A stretch of 41,312 bases of DNA from a virus: positions 1 to 41,312 of IMG/VR virus record IMGVR_UViG_3300002461_000115, one strand, 5' to 3'. Positions 1 through 7,328 of the stretch are shown here, piece after piece (position 1 is the first letter of the stretch; every line of letters begins with the position of its first letter). The position numbers and the translations under genes are program-made. The notes under the pieces were generated by a model, which was not told where the DNA came from, made no database searches, and saw only the letters and a list, made by a program, of their open reading frames with translations.

Positions 1-94
1 AGCAGGTACGCCAGCGCGTAGGTCATGGCAAATACCCAAACACAAGCGCAGCGATCACGCCAACCACGCCTACCGCGCTCATGGCGTAGCTCAC
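1..94. repeat. 94-bp direct terminal repeat, identical to 41219..41312 (circular-assembly overlap or terminal redundancy)
   Basis: Read base by base: agcaggtacgccagcgcgtaggtcatggc...ggcgtagctcac occurs at both ends of the window. Confidence 0.95.
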
Positions 95-136
95 AAGCCA
101 GCCCAGAGACTCAAGCATGTCTTCGTCGCGGTTCAT
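23..136 (-). CDS. small hypothetical membrane peptide (37 aa, MNRDEDMLESLGWLVSYAMSAVGVVGVIAALVFGYLP)
   Basis: Hand translation. ATGA overlaps with neighbours at both ends; one hydrophobic helix. Below the ORF-track size cutoff. Confidence 0.3.
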   Translation of the reverse strand: MNRDEDMLESLGWLVSYAMSAVGVVGVIAALVFGYLP

Positions 137-246
137 GCTGGCAACCTCAAGTGAATCTCCGCACACTCAAGCGCGGCGTCGTGATCGGTGAAGCCGAGCA
201 GCCAGAAAAGCTGGTAGGCGGCGTGGAGTTGGATGGCGTAGGTCAT
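133..246 (-). CDS. small hypothetical protein (37 aa, MTYAIQLHAAYQLFWLLGFTDHDAALECAEIHLRLPA)
   Basis: Hand translation. ATGA-coupled to the 243..713 stop and to the next small ORF. Confidence 0.3.
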   Translation of the reverse strand: MTYAIQLHAAYQLFWLLGFTDHDAALECAEIHLRLPA

Positions 247-713
247 GCAACCTCCTTCTCATCCGCAATCCGCTCATCAGCCAGCTCACTCGCACGCGCC
301 AGCACATGCACGCTGTTGTCTTGAAGGAAGCGGTCGGCCAGTTCGTTCAGTGCCGCGATTCGGTTCGCTTGCTTCTGGCCGCGATCAAAGGCGAAGGCGA
401 CGAGTGCCACGGTGCCGATGCAAGTCGGGTCAAGCTCGCGAATCTGTGCGCTCCACGGCTGCACTGGCTTGCCAATGCACGCATCGCAGAGCCAGTCTTG
501 GAGCGTGTCCACGTTGCGCAGCAACTCGTCCTCGGCTGCGCTGATGTCGCTGCCAGCGTCTATCTGCTCGTCGGTAAGTGCAGCTTTGGGCAACACGCAC
601 GTTCCGGTGAGGCAGTGACCAAGACCTTCTGCGCCGTGGTCAATCGCGTATTGGCATCGGCCATCTGATCGGCATGCGATTGCCACTTGCGTCTCGTTGC
701 TCATCGTGCTCAT
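243..713 (-). CDS. hypothetical early protein (156 aa, Cys-rich N-terminal half)
   Basis: Track ORF. ATGA overlap with upstream gene 710..949; same strand as the leftward operon. Confidence 0.6.
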   Translation of the reverse strand: MSTMSNETQVAIACRSDGRCQYAIDHGAEGLGHCLTGTCVLPKAALTDEQIDAGSDISAAEDELLRNVDTLQDWLCDACIGKPVQPWSAQIRELDPTCIGTVALVAFAFDRGQKQANRIAALNELADRFLQDNSVHVLARASELADERIADEKEVA

Positions 714-949
714 GCGGACACCCTGATGTCGATGTACTTGCGCGTCGTGGTGTTGCCGCCGTAGTAATGACGGAACCGCGTTTGCGGGCGGCCCGCACGA
801 TCAAACCTCTTCACCTTCAGCACAAGGCCACTTGGCAAGGTGAGTTGATAGGTCTTCGGCGTCTCGCGTAATGGAAGGCTGATGACTTCGTTCCACTCGG
901 AAGCGAACTCTTTGCCGTTCCACTCAAACCACTCAGCTTTGCATTCCAT
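710..949 (-). CDS. hypothetical protein, first gene of the leftward operon (79 aa)
   Basis: Track ORF. GGGAGA Shine-Dalgarno 7 nt upstream of the ATG; about 36 nt downstream of a predicted promoter. Confidence 0.6.
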   Translation of the reverse strand: MECKAEWFEWNGKEFASEWNEVISLPLRETPKTYQLTLPSGLVLKVKRFDRAGRPQTRFRHYYGGNTTTRKYIDIRVSA

Positions 950-992
950 TTCGTCGTCTCCCTGGCACCGCGATGTGCGATGCGATGGAGAG

Positions 993-1022
993 AATTTACC
1001 GGATCAGAAACTAGGCTGTCAA
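993..1022 (-). promoter_or_regulatory. leftward sigma70-like promoter (TTGACA-18 nt-TAAATT on minus strand)
   Basis: Reverse complement of 1017..1022 is TTGACA and of 993..998 is TAAATT. Faces gene 710..949. Confidence 0.5.
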
Positions 1023-1029
1023 CAACATT

Positions 1030-1047
1030 CGCAAATTTATTTTTGCG
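1030..1047. promoter_or_regulatory. operator-like inverted repeat CGCAAA-N6-TTTGCG between the divergent promoters
   Basis: Perfect 6-bp arms in the AT-rich spacer between the two early promoters. Confidence 0.3.
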
Positions 1048-1065
1048 ATTTGGTGCCGAATTGTG

Positions 1066-1095
1066 TTGACATGGCAAAACGCGATGCGCTAGGAT
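1066..1095 (+). promoter_or_regulatory. rightward sigma70-like promoter (TTGACA-18 nt-TAGGAT)
   Basis: TTGACA at 1066..1071 and TAGGAT at 1090..1095. The ATG at 1103 is only 7 nt past the -10, so the mRNA may be leaderless. Confidence 0.5.
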
Positions 1096-1102
1096 CGTGT
1101 CC

Positions 1103-1348
1103 ATGAAAAAAAACCTCATGACCGCAGCAGACGTTCGCGAGCGTCTTTCTCCACTGAACATCAAGCAGGTTGACCGGCTCTCTGAGCTGTCGGGCGTGCC
1201 GCCATCCACGATCTACAAAATCAAGATGGGCAAGACCGGCAATCCTGGCATTGAGACGGTGCGCCAGTTTTTGCCGTTCGTGACCGCCGCGAGGTCGAAG
1301 CGGCGTGCGAAACCAGCGGCAGCCGTGGTCGCAGAGCAGGCGGTGTAG
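1103..1348 (+). CDS. Cro/XRE-like helix-turn-helix regulator
   Basis: Track ORF 1097..1348 (GTG start); ATG at 1103. HTH-like segment QVDRLSELSGVPPSTIYKIKMGK. First gene after the rightward promoter. Confidence 0.6.
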   Translation: MKKNLMTAADVRERLSPLNIKQVDRLSELSGVPPSTIYKIKMGKTGNPGIETVRQFLPFVTAARSKRRAKPAAAVVAEQAV

Positions 1349-1350
1349 CC

Positions 1351-1560
1351 GTGACCAACAAAAAGAAGGCGAGCTTGTTCTTACTGCTCCGCAAGCAGTA
1401 CGTCACCCCCATCGACGCATTGAACAAGTGCGGCATCTTCTCGCTGGCCCAGCGGGTTTCCGAGTGGAGGCGTGACGGGCACGTGATTGGCGACAAGTGG
1501 GTGATCTCGCCATCGGGTGCGCGGTTCAAGGCGTATCGGCTGTTGAAGGCTGCGCAGTGA
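1351..1560 (+). CDS. winged-helix DNA-binding protein (HTH_39-like)
   Basis: 69 aa. YVTPIDALNKCGIFSLAQRVSEWRRDGHVI matches my recollection of the HTH_39 pattern. GTG start. Confidence 0.5.
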   Translation: MTNKKKASLFLLLRKQYVTPIDALNKCGIFSLAQRVSEWRRDGHVIGDKWVISPSGARFKAYRLLKAAQ

Positions 1561-2108
1561 CTGACCGCCGCGCACACCTTGACGCCATCGTTGCCCACTA
1601 CAGGGCCGCGATGCCGGACATCATGGACGCGTCTGATGACTGGGGCATTGATCCCTACGCCTGGGAGCAAGTCGGCATCTCTCTGACTCCCATTGAAGCC
1701 GCTTTGTGGAGCGACATCCGCTTGGTGGATCTTGTGATGTACCCGCAGTTTCCGGTGTCAGGTTACTTCGTGGACTTTGGCAATCCGGCTGCTCGAGTGG
1801 CGATTGAGTGCGATGGCGCACGCTGGCACCAAGACAAAGACCGTGACGACGCCCGCCAGAAGCATCTGGAGGCAAAGGGCTGGACCGTCTACAGGATCAC
1901 GGGGCGGAATTGCTTTCAAGAGCCCGAGGAGTTTGAAGACATCCACGGCACCGCCTACGCATTACCCAGCCCTGCACGCCGCTTTATCAAGCGGATTGCC
2001 GAGGCGCATCCCGTGCAGCGCGGAAGGCGTCCGACGCCAATAGGCGCAACACCAATTCAGTCCGCGTTGATTGACCGCATCGGTCGGATGCTCGAGCAAC
2101 TGGGATGA
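1557..2108 (+). CDS. DUF559 / Vsr-like restriction-endonuclease-fold protein
   Basis: YFVDFGNPAARVAIECDGARWHQDKDRDDARQKHLEAKGWTVYRI is the DUF559-type core. GTGA overlap start at 1557 (track ORF starts at 1497). Confidence 0.6.
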   Translation: MTDRRAHLDAIVAHYRAAMPDIMDASDDWGIDPYAWEQVGISLTPIEAALWSDIRLVDLVMYPQFPVSGYFVDFGNPAARVAIECDGARWHQDKDRDDARQKHLEAKGWTVYRITGRNCFQEPEEFEDIHGTAYALPSPARRFIKRIAEAHPVQRGRRPTPIGATPIQSALIDRIGRMLEQLG

Positions 2109-2899
2109 ATTACTACGAGCGCCACATCGGCGACTACCTCAAAGACACGGCTCATCTGAGCCTGCTCGAGCACGGCATATACAGCCGGTTGCTTGACGTG
2201 TACTACACGCGCGAAACCGGCATTGATGCGGCAGCAGTGGCACGGTTGATCGGCGCTCGCAGCAAAGACGAGATTGCCGCCATGAACACGGTGCTCGAGG
2301 AATTCTTTGTGCTTGAGGGCGGTACATGGAAACAGAGCCGGTGCGACCGCGAAATCTCCAAGTATCAGGACAAGCAGCGCAAAGCGAAGGCATCCGCAGA
2401 TGCTCGGTGGACGCACACCGAACGCAATGCGAACGCAATGCGAACGCATACCGAACGCACAGCAAACGCAGTGCCAACGCAATCCGAAGGCAATGCTCTC
2501 CAGACACCAGACACCAGTAACCAAATAGAACCTATCGGTTCTAGGGCGGCGAAGCCGCAGCGGGCCAGCCGGAAGTGTCCCGCTTCGTTTGAGCCTACAG
2601 AGCCCGAAGCCTTCATTGCCGAGAGCGCTCCCGGCGTGGACTGGCGAGCCGAAACGGCGAAGTTCCGCGACCACACGTTCAAGACCGCTCGGACGGACTG
2701 GGACGGCACTTGGCGCAACTGGATGCGAACCGCTTCAGAAAGCCTTCGGCCAGCACAGCCCCTGTCCTTTCGGGAGCGCGAATCAGCCGCCGCAGCCGCT
2801 CGAGTCCACGAGATGACCGGTGGACTCGTCTCAGCCAACAAACCGCGCCACGACGCGCTACAGGAGGTTTTCGATGCAGCTCCCCGGCTCGTGGGTTGA
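2105..2899 (+). CDS. DUF1376 (YdaU-like) replication initiator-like protein, lambda O analogue
   Basis: N-terminal YYERHIGDYLKDTAHLSLLEHGIYSRLLDVYY is the DUF1376 signature. Followed by a P-like gene; contains the iteron array. Confidence 0.7.
   Translation: MNYYERHIGDYLKDTAHLSLLEHGIYSRLLDVYYTRETGIDAAAVARLIGARSKDEIAAMNTVLEEFFVLEGGTWKQSRCDREISKYQDKQRKAKASADARWTHTERNANAMRTHTERTANAVPTQSEGNALQTPDTSNQIEPIGSRAAKPQRASRKCPASFEPTEPEAFIAESAPGVDWRAETAKFRDHTFKTARTDWDGTWRNWMRTASESLRPAQPLSFRERESAAAAARVHEMTGGLVSANKPRHDALQEVFDAAPRLVG
2409..2496. repeat. eight tandem 11-bp units, consensus GAACGCAATGC (iteron-like array, candidate ori)
   Basis: Units start at 2409, 2420, 2431, 2442, 2453, 2464, 2475 and 2486. 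The units at 2420 and 2431 are identical; the others differ at 1-4 positions. Confidence 0.8.
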
Positions 2900-3338
2900 C
2901 TCCCTCTTTGCCCGCTTTGCGGTGCGCTATGGGGCCGCGTGGCTGCGCCAATGGGACGGAGTGGACATCGCCGCAGTCAAGGCCGATTGGGCTGCTGAGT
3001 TGGGCGGCTACGGCGAGAACCCGGAAGCGATCAAGCACGCGCTCGAGCACCTTCCCGCCAGCTTCCCGCCGAAGGTGGGCGAGTTTCTCGAGTTGTGCCA
3101 CGCAGCGCCTCGGCCAGAACAGAAATGGTTGACCGTGGACAAGGCCGACAAAAAGGTTGTCGGGGCAATCATGACCGGGCTGAAGCGTGCCGAGAAATGC
3201 GGCCCGAGGGATTGGGCGCATCGGCTTCGTGCTCGAGAAGTGCGGTGCGACCGGCTGACGAAGTTTCAGCGCAGCGCATGGCGGGAAGCCCTCAAGACTG
3301 AACTCGAGAACGAAGCCAGAACCGTGGAGATGGCATGA
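2874..3338 (+). CDS. lambda P-like replication protein (putative helicase loader)
   Basis: AGGAGG SD before the ATG at 2874. ...WLRQWDGVDIAAVKADWAAEL...PASFPPKVGEFLELC resembles the lambda P N-terminal region as I recall it. Confidence 0.5.
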   Translation: MQLPGSWVDSLFARFAVRYGAAWLRQWDGVDIAAVKADWAAELGGYGENPEAIKHALEHLPASFPPKVGEFLELCHAAPRPEQKWLTVDKADKKVVGAIMTGLKRAEKCGPRDWAHRLRAREVRCDRLTKFQRSAWREALKTELENEARTVEMA

Positions 3339-3544
3339 CCAAAGACGAAGCCCACAAGCTGCTCGACGGCCTGAAAAACGGTGTGAGCGCACCGGATTGG
3401 AAGATCAACGAGGCACTCATCGAAACCGGCGATCTTGCATGGTCAGAGAGTGCCTATCAGGTCGTTCGACGTGCTGGCACATGGGAGCGCAAGCAATCTC
3501 GCACGTTGGCGAAAGCTGGGCCTTGGGATGGGTTGGCAGCATGA
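3335..3544 (+). CDS. hypothetical protein (69 aa)
   Basis: Track ORF with ATGA overlap to the upstream gene. Confidence 0.5.
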   Translation: MTKDEAHKLLDGLKNGVSAPDWKINEALIETGDLAWSESAYQVVRRAGTWERKQSRTLAKAGPWDGLAA

Positions 3545-3879
3545 GCGAAGAAAATTTGTCCAGCGATGCTCAGCGCCGTTTGATGTGGTCGGCGCTCGCG
3601 GATGTATCGCGGCAAGTGAAGTGGCCCGTCGATGGCGTCATGCAATGGCTCGACAAAGACGACTGGAAACACATCATGACTGCGGGCTTGAAGCGCCATC
3701 AGCGCATGGCCGCTGGCATCTTCGGCGGCTTCGTGCTTCTCGGTCAGTCAACCAAGAAATTGACGGTGGCTGACGAGGCCGAACTCATCACGATCATCCA
3801 CGCATTCGGAGACGAGCGCGGCGTGAAGTGGTCTCGAACTTCGCTCGGACGTGACGTTCCGGAGGAAGTGTTCGGATGA
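3541..3879 (+). CDS. ninB: NinB/Orf-family recombination mediator
   Basis: QRRLMWSALADVSRQVKWP...GFVLLGQSTKKLTVADEAELITIIHAFGDERGVKWS parallels lambda NinB (LWACLGDVSRQVEW...VVIGQSTSRM...IQAFGTERGVKWS). ATGA start at 3541. Confidence 0.75.
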   Translation: MSEENLSSDAQRRLMWSALADVSRQVKWPVDGVMQWLDKDDWKHIMTAGLKRHQRMAAGIFGGFVLLGQSTKKLTVADEAELITIIHAFGDERGVKWSRTSLGRDVPEEVFG

Positions 3880-4547
3880 GCGGCAAACCCTGGACGCCCG
3901 AAGAAGTGGCAACCCTACGCGCTGAGTTTGCCGACAGCCGCACCGACGACCTGGCCGCGAGGCTGTGCCGCAGCTACACCACCGTTGCGCAAAAGGCGGC
4001 GAAGCTCGGATTGCGTAAGAGCGCGGCCTATCTCGCCAGCCCCGAGTGTCATCGGTTCGACGGCATCAAGGGAATCGGCAGTCGCTTTGTCGCAGGCCAT
4101 CAGACCTGGAACAAGGGCAAGCCCGGATCAACAGGCGTTCAGGCTGCGTGCCGTGCGACTCAGTTCAAGCCTGGCCGGCCAGCAAATGAGGCACGGAACT
4201 ACAAGCCCATCGGCTCTGTGCGTGTGTGCGCTGACGGTTACCTTGAAAAGAAGCTGTCAGATGACCTGAACCTGCTGCCGAAACAGCGATGGGTGTCCGT
4301 GCATCGGCTGGTGTGGGAGTCCGCAAACGGCCCGATTCCTGACCGAATGATCGTTGTGTTCCGCCCGGGCCAAAAGACGACAGACGAAGCCGCGATAACT
4401 CTTGACCGGCTCGAAATGCTGACGCGCTCCGAGAACATGAAGCGCAACAGCCTGTACGCGAAGTACCCGCCCGAGCTGGCTCGCCTGGTTCAACTGCGCG
4501 GCGTACTCAACCGACAGATAAACAGCAAGGCCAAGGAAACAGCATGA
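3876..4547 (+). CDS. HNH_3-like endonuclease homologue, probably degenerate, with N-terminal Myb/SANT-like HTH
   Basis: HRLVWESANGPIPDRMIVVFRPG...LEMLTRSEN keeps the family scaffold, but the expected HH/N catalytic positions appear substituted. Confidence 0.5.
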   Translation: MSGKPWTPEEVATLRAEFADSRTDDLAARLCRSYTTVAQKAAKLGLRKSAAYLASPECHRFDGIKGIGSRFVAGHQTWNKGKPGSTGVQAACRATQFKPGRPANEARNYKPIGSVRVCADGYLEKKLSDDLNLLPKQRWVSVHRLVWESANGPIPDRMIVVFRPGQKTTDEAAITLDRLEMLTRSENMKRNSLYAKYPPELARLVQLRGVLNRQINSKAKETA

Positions 4548-4795
4548 GCAACAACATCGAAGGACTACGCCAGCGCCTATTCGAGACGATTGACGCGGTT
4601 CGGAACAACAGCATTGATCTTGACAAAGCCAAGGTCATCAGCGACCTGTCGCAAGTCATCGTCAATTCAGCGAAGGTTGAAGTCGATTTCCTGCGCGTGA
4701 CGGACGGCGCCGAAAGCGACTTTCTGCGGCCTGCGTTGAAAGTGGAGCAGGTTCCTGCTGGCATCACCGGCCGGACGATTCACCGCATCGGCTGA
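4544..4795 (+). CDS. hypothetical protein (83 aa)
   Basis: Track ORF with ATGA overlap. Confidence 0.55.
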   Translation: MSNNIEGLRQRLFETIDAVRNNSIDLDKAKVISDLSQVIVNSAKVEVDFLRVTDGAESDFLRPALKVEQVPAGITGRTIHRIG

Positions 4796-4796
4796 C

Positions 4797-5243
4797 ATGA
4801 CCTTCACCCGCCCCGCACCCCGCGTCAAGCAAATGGACGACTACACCCCGAAGCCGAAAACGGTGGTGCTGCGCCGCGACCCGCCAGCAACGATGTGCGT
4901 GCCGCTGCCGAAGGAGAAGCCGTGGCGATGTGAAGCCTATCTCCGCATCGTCGCTCACTACCCGTGCGCTCACTGCGGCATAGAAGGCCGCTCACAGGCC
5001 GCACACGCTGACGAAGGCAAGGGGCTGGGCATCAAGGCATCGGACGCCACCGCCATACCCCTATGCGCTGATTCTCCAGGCCGCAGGGGATGCCACACGC
5101 TCATCGGCAACTTCGGGCTGTTCACGCGCGATCAACGCCGCACGCTTGAAAAGAGGTACGCACAGCAGACACGCGAGCGCATCAAGGCAGATGGACTGTG
5201 GAAGCCGGAATGGCCGGAATTTGAACAGGAGCAAGCAGCATGA
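4797..5243 (+). CDS. Cys/His-rich protein, DUF968/DUF1364-like (NinG-position nuclease-related)
   Basis: YPCAHCGIEGRSQAAHADEGKGLGIKASDATAIPLCADSPGRRGCH resembles the C..C...AH...G.G.K..D...PLC...CH pattern. Confidence 0.4.
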   Translation: MTFTRPAPRVKQMDDYTPKPKTVVLRRDPPATMCVPLPKEKPWRCEAYLRIVAHYPCAHCGIEGRSQAAHADEGKGLGIKASDATAIPLCADSPGRRGCHTLIGNFGLFTRDQRRTLEKRYAQQTRERIKADGLWKPEWPEFEQEQAA

Positions 5244-5677
5244 GATGGGAACTCACCAACACCGTAGCAGGCCGATCCATGAAGCTGGCCCAAACGGCCA
5301 AGGGCGTGCAATCCAGCGACTTGAAGGGCAAGGCTGCGAGCGATGTCGGGAAGGTGCTGCGCAAGTTGGTCAATCAAGGCTACATGACCTGCATTGATGA
5401 GAGCCGCCGCCCATACGTCTACAAGGCCACCAAGGAACAGGCTGACAAGTGGGTGGCAGATCACACGAAGCAGCCGAAGGCCATGACGATCAAGCCGCCG
5501 AAGCAGCGAGTGCAGCCGGTACTCAGCCAGCCGAAGCCGCGCCCGATCTCAAAGCCAAAGGAAGCCATCGAGCCGTACTACCCAGTCGATGCGGACGGCA
5601 ATCCGCTCTACAAGGTGACGATCGCCAAGCCATTCCCGCAGCCGACGCGGACGAACACGCACACAGGGGCTTACTGA
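5240..5677 (+). CDS. hypothetical protein with possible winged-helix N-terminus and Pro/Lys-rich tail
   Basis: Track ORF with ATGA overlap. Confidence 0.5.
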   Translation: MRWELTNTVAGRSMKLAQTAKGVQSSDLKGKAASDVGKVLRKLVNQGYMTCIDESRRPYVYKATKEQADKWVADHTKQPKAMTIKPPKQRVQPVLSQPKPRPISKPKEAIEPYYPVDADGNPLYKVTIAKPFPQPTRTNTHTGAY

Positions 5678-5886
5678 TGGGCCACCCAGCCTACGGCAGC
5701 ACGTTCCAAGGGAGCCTGCGCAGCCGGATCAAAGCCTACTTCTCGGCCAACCCCGACGAGTGGCTGACGATCACCGATGCCGCAGTCAAGTGGGGGGTGC
5801 GCGAGCCATCTGTGCGGCAAACCATGACCGATATGCGCAGGCGCGGCGAGCTGGGGCCGGGGCCGGATTTGAGGTTGCCAACATGA
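5677..5886 (+). CDS. hypothetical small HTH-like protein (69 aa)
   Basis: The ATG at 5677 overlaps the upstream TGA (TGATG). Lies inside track ORF 5449..5886. Confidence 0.45.
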   Translation: MGHPAYGSTFQGSLRSRIKAYFSANPDEWLTITDAAVKWGVREPSVRQTMTDMRRRGELGPGPDLRLPT

Positions 5887-6218
5887 GCAAGTACGGCGCG
5901 AGGAAGATCGAAATTGATGGAATCACGTTTGACAGCCGAGCCGAGGGCCTGCGGTACCTAGACCTGCGCGCCATGCTGACGGCGAAGCAAATCAGCGGCC
6001 TTGAAATGCAGGTGCCCTACGTTTTGGCCCCCAAAGCCAAGCTGTACGGCGAACAGCGCAGTCGGCCAGCTATCCGCTATTTAGTCGATTTCCGCTATCG
6101 AACACGTCAGGGAGAAGTTGTGTGCGAAGACGTGAAGGGCATGGATACGCCGCTAGGAAGGCTGAAGCGCCACTTCATGAAAACGGTTCACGGCATCGAC
6201 GTGCGGGTGGTGCGATGA
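5883..6218 (+). CDS. DUF1064 protein (endonuclease-fold, resolvase-like)
   Basis: MSKYGARKIEIDGITFDSRAEGLRYLDL...YLVDFRY...EDVKG is the DUF1064 pattern. ATGA start at 5883. Confidence 0.65.
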   Translation: MSKYGARKIEIDGITFDSRAEGLRYLDLRAMLTAKQISGLEMQVPYVLAPKAKLYGEQRSRPAIRYLVDFRYRTRQGEVVCEDVKGMDTPLGRLKRHFMKTVHGIDVRVVR

Positions 6219-6386
6219 CTATGCCGCTGGCCGCCCCCGAGGCAGCGCAGGCAGATTCGCCCGCGCCCGTGCACGCACTAGCGTCGATGGTGATACCCCA
6301 ACGCGCTCGGCGGCGGTGCGCAGTGGCATGCCGTCGGCAATCAGGCGCATGCCGCGCTCGGTGGCGGCTGAGGGGCGGCCGGTCAT
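6219..6386 (-). CDS. small HTH protein (resolvase/Hin-type HTH), last gene of the reverse cassette
   Basis: MTGRPSAATERGMRLIADGMPLRTAAERVGVSPSTLVRA. ATGA-coupled to the upstream small ORF. Confidence 0.5.
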   Translation of the reverse strand: MTGRPSAATERGMRLIADGMPLRTAAERVGVSPSTLVRARARANLPALPRGRPAA

Positions 6387-6520
6387 TTGCTGTAAGACCA
6401 AGAGTAGTCATTGCTGCCGTAGTTATCGGCCGCCCACTTTTCGCACTCGTCGTTGGACGATCCGGTGTACTCAGCGACGATTCGCCCAGTCTCGTTGGAT
6501 GTGATGTAGATGGTGCACAT
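6383..6520 (-). CDS. small hypothetical protein (45 aa, MCTIYITSNETGRIVAEYTGSSNDECEKWAADNYGSNDYSWSYSK)
   Basis: Hand translation. GGAG SD 8 nt upstream of the ATG at 6520. Confidence 0.45.
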   Translation of the reverse strand: MCTIYITSNETGRIVAEYTGSSNDECEKWAADNYGSNDYSWSYSK

Positions 6521-6535
6521 GCTGGTCGCTCCAAC

Positions 6536-6733
6536 TCAAAACGGCAACAGAGTGCGCAACTCAGCGTCAATCGCCTGGTACCGAGACATTTTGTCGGCAA
6601 TCACTGCATTGATTTGGGCCGAGGTGCGGCCAGAGATTGCCATGTCGCCAGCTTTGTTGTGCATTGCACGCAGCAGGGCCGACTGCTCGGCGTTAAGGAC
6701 CGCGCGGCGCTGAAAGATTTCTGTGGTGGTCAT
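6536..6733 (-). CDS. small hypothetical protein (65 aa)
   Basis: AAGGAGAG SD before the ATG at 6733 (track ORF extends to 6760). Confidence 0.5.
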   Translation of the reverse strand: MTTTEIFQRRAVLNAEQSALLRAMHNKAGDMAISGRTSAQINAVIADKMSRYQAIDAELRTLLPF

Positions 6734-6778
6734 CTTGCTCTCCTTTGCGCCGAAGGACATCCGCAGCGCATGAGTAGT

Positions 6779-6807
6779 AATGTACGCATGTTGCGCACGA
6801 TATGCAA
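6779..6807 (-). promoter_or_regulatory. candidate promoter of the reverse cassette (TTGCAT-17 nt-TACATT on minus strand)
   Basis: Reverse complement of 6802..6807 is TTGCAT and of 6779..6784 is TACATT; about 40 nt upstream of the 6733 start. Confidence 0.35.
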
Positions 6808-7278
6808 GAACTATTTGCCAGTGAAAACCCTGTGACCGCCACCTACGTAGAGCTGATCAATGGCGAGATCGTGCTGCGCGACGCCGAACAGTGGAGAGCC
6901 GAGACATTGCAGCGAAAACCGCACATCGACTTCAACGCCGTCTCATTTGCTCATGAGCCGATCCACGAAAGGCTCACAAACTGGGCGCGCTGGGTACGTC
7001 CAAGGGCGTCAAGCTGGGTGCACCCGATGTGGCGGAACTACAAGCCGGACAACTGGTATCGAGTGGTGTCGGAAAACGCTGGAATTGATCCACTCGACGC
7101 ACAGGCAGTAGAGAAGGGCGTCAGCGCACTGCCCGACGCGCACAAGTTCGCAATCAGGTGGTGCTACGTGTACGGCGGACAGCCGAGGAAGGCAGCGGCG
7201 CATGTGGGGGAGACGCTGGAAGGGCTGCAAGTGCTGATCGTGGGCGGGCGGCAGATGCTGATAAATCGTCGGGTATAG
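6802..7278 (+). CDS. Q-like late-gene antiterminator (phage antitermination protein Q family)
   Basis: HERLTNWARWVRP...DPLDAQAVEKGVSALPDAHKFAIRWCYVYGGQPRKAAAHVG matches my recollection of the Q-family layout. Sits just upstream of the late promoters. Start uncertain. Confidence 0.5.
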   Translation: MQELFASENPVTATYVELINGEIVLRDAEQWRAETLQRKPHIDFNAVSFAHEPIHERLTNWARWVRPRASSWVHPMWRNYKPDNWYRVVSENAGIDPLDAQAVEKGVSALPDAHKFAIRWCYVYGGQPRKAAAHVGETLEGLQVLIVGGRQMLINRRV

Positions 7279-7300
7279 GGTTTGTCCCTGCAAAAAGATG

Positions 7301-7328
7301 TTGACGTTACGCGTAACGGTGCTATAGT
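7301..7328 (+). promoter_or_regulatory. sigma70-like promoter TTGACG-16 nt-TATAGT with a perfect 12-bp palindrome GTTACGCGTAAC (7306..7317) overlapping the -35 element and spacer
   Basis: Read directly; lies 23 nt after the Q-like stop codon. Confidence 0.5.

Noticed and set aside
4544-4795. Possible distant paralogy between the 83-aa protein (4544..4795, plus strand) and the 74-aa protein (34737..34961, minus strand).
   Set aside because: By eye only about 20 percent identity over about 46 residues (L..L.ET....K.......I...I...KV). This is not enough without a profile comparison.
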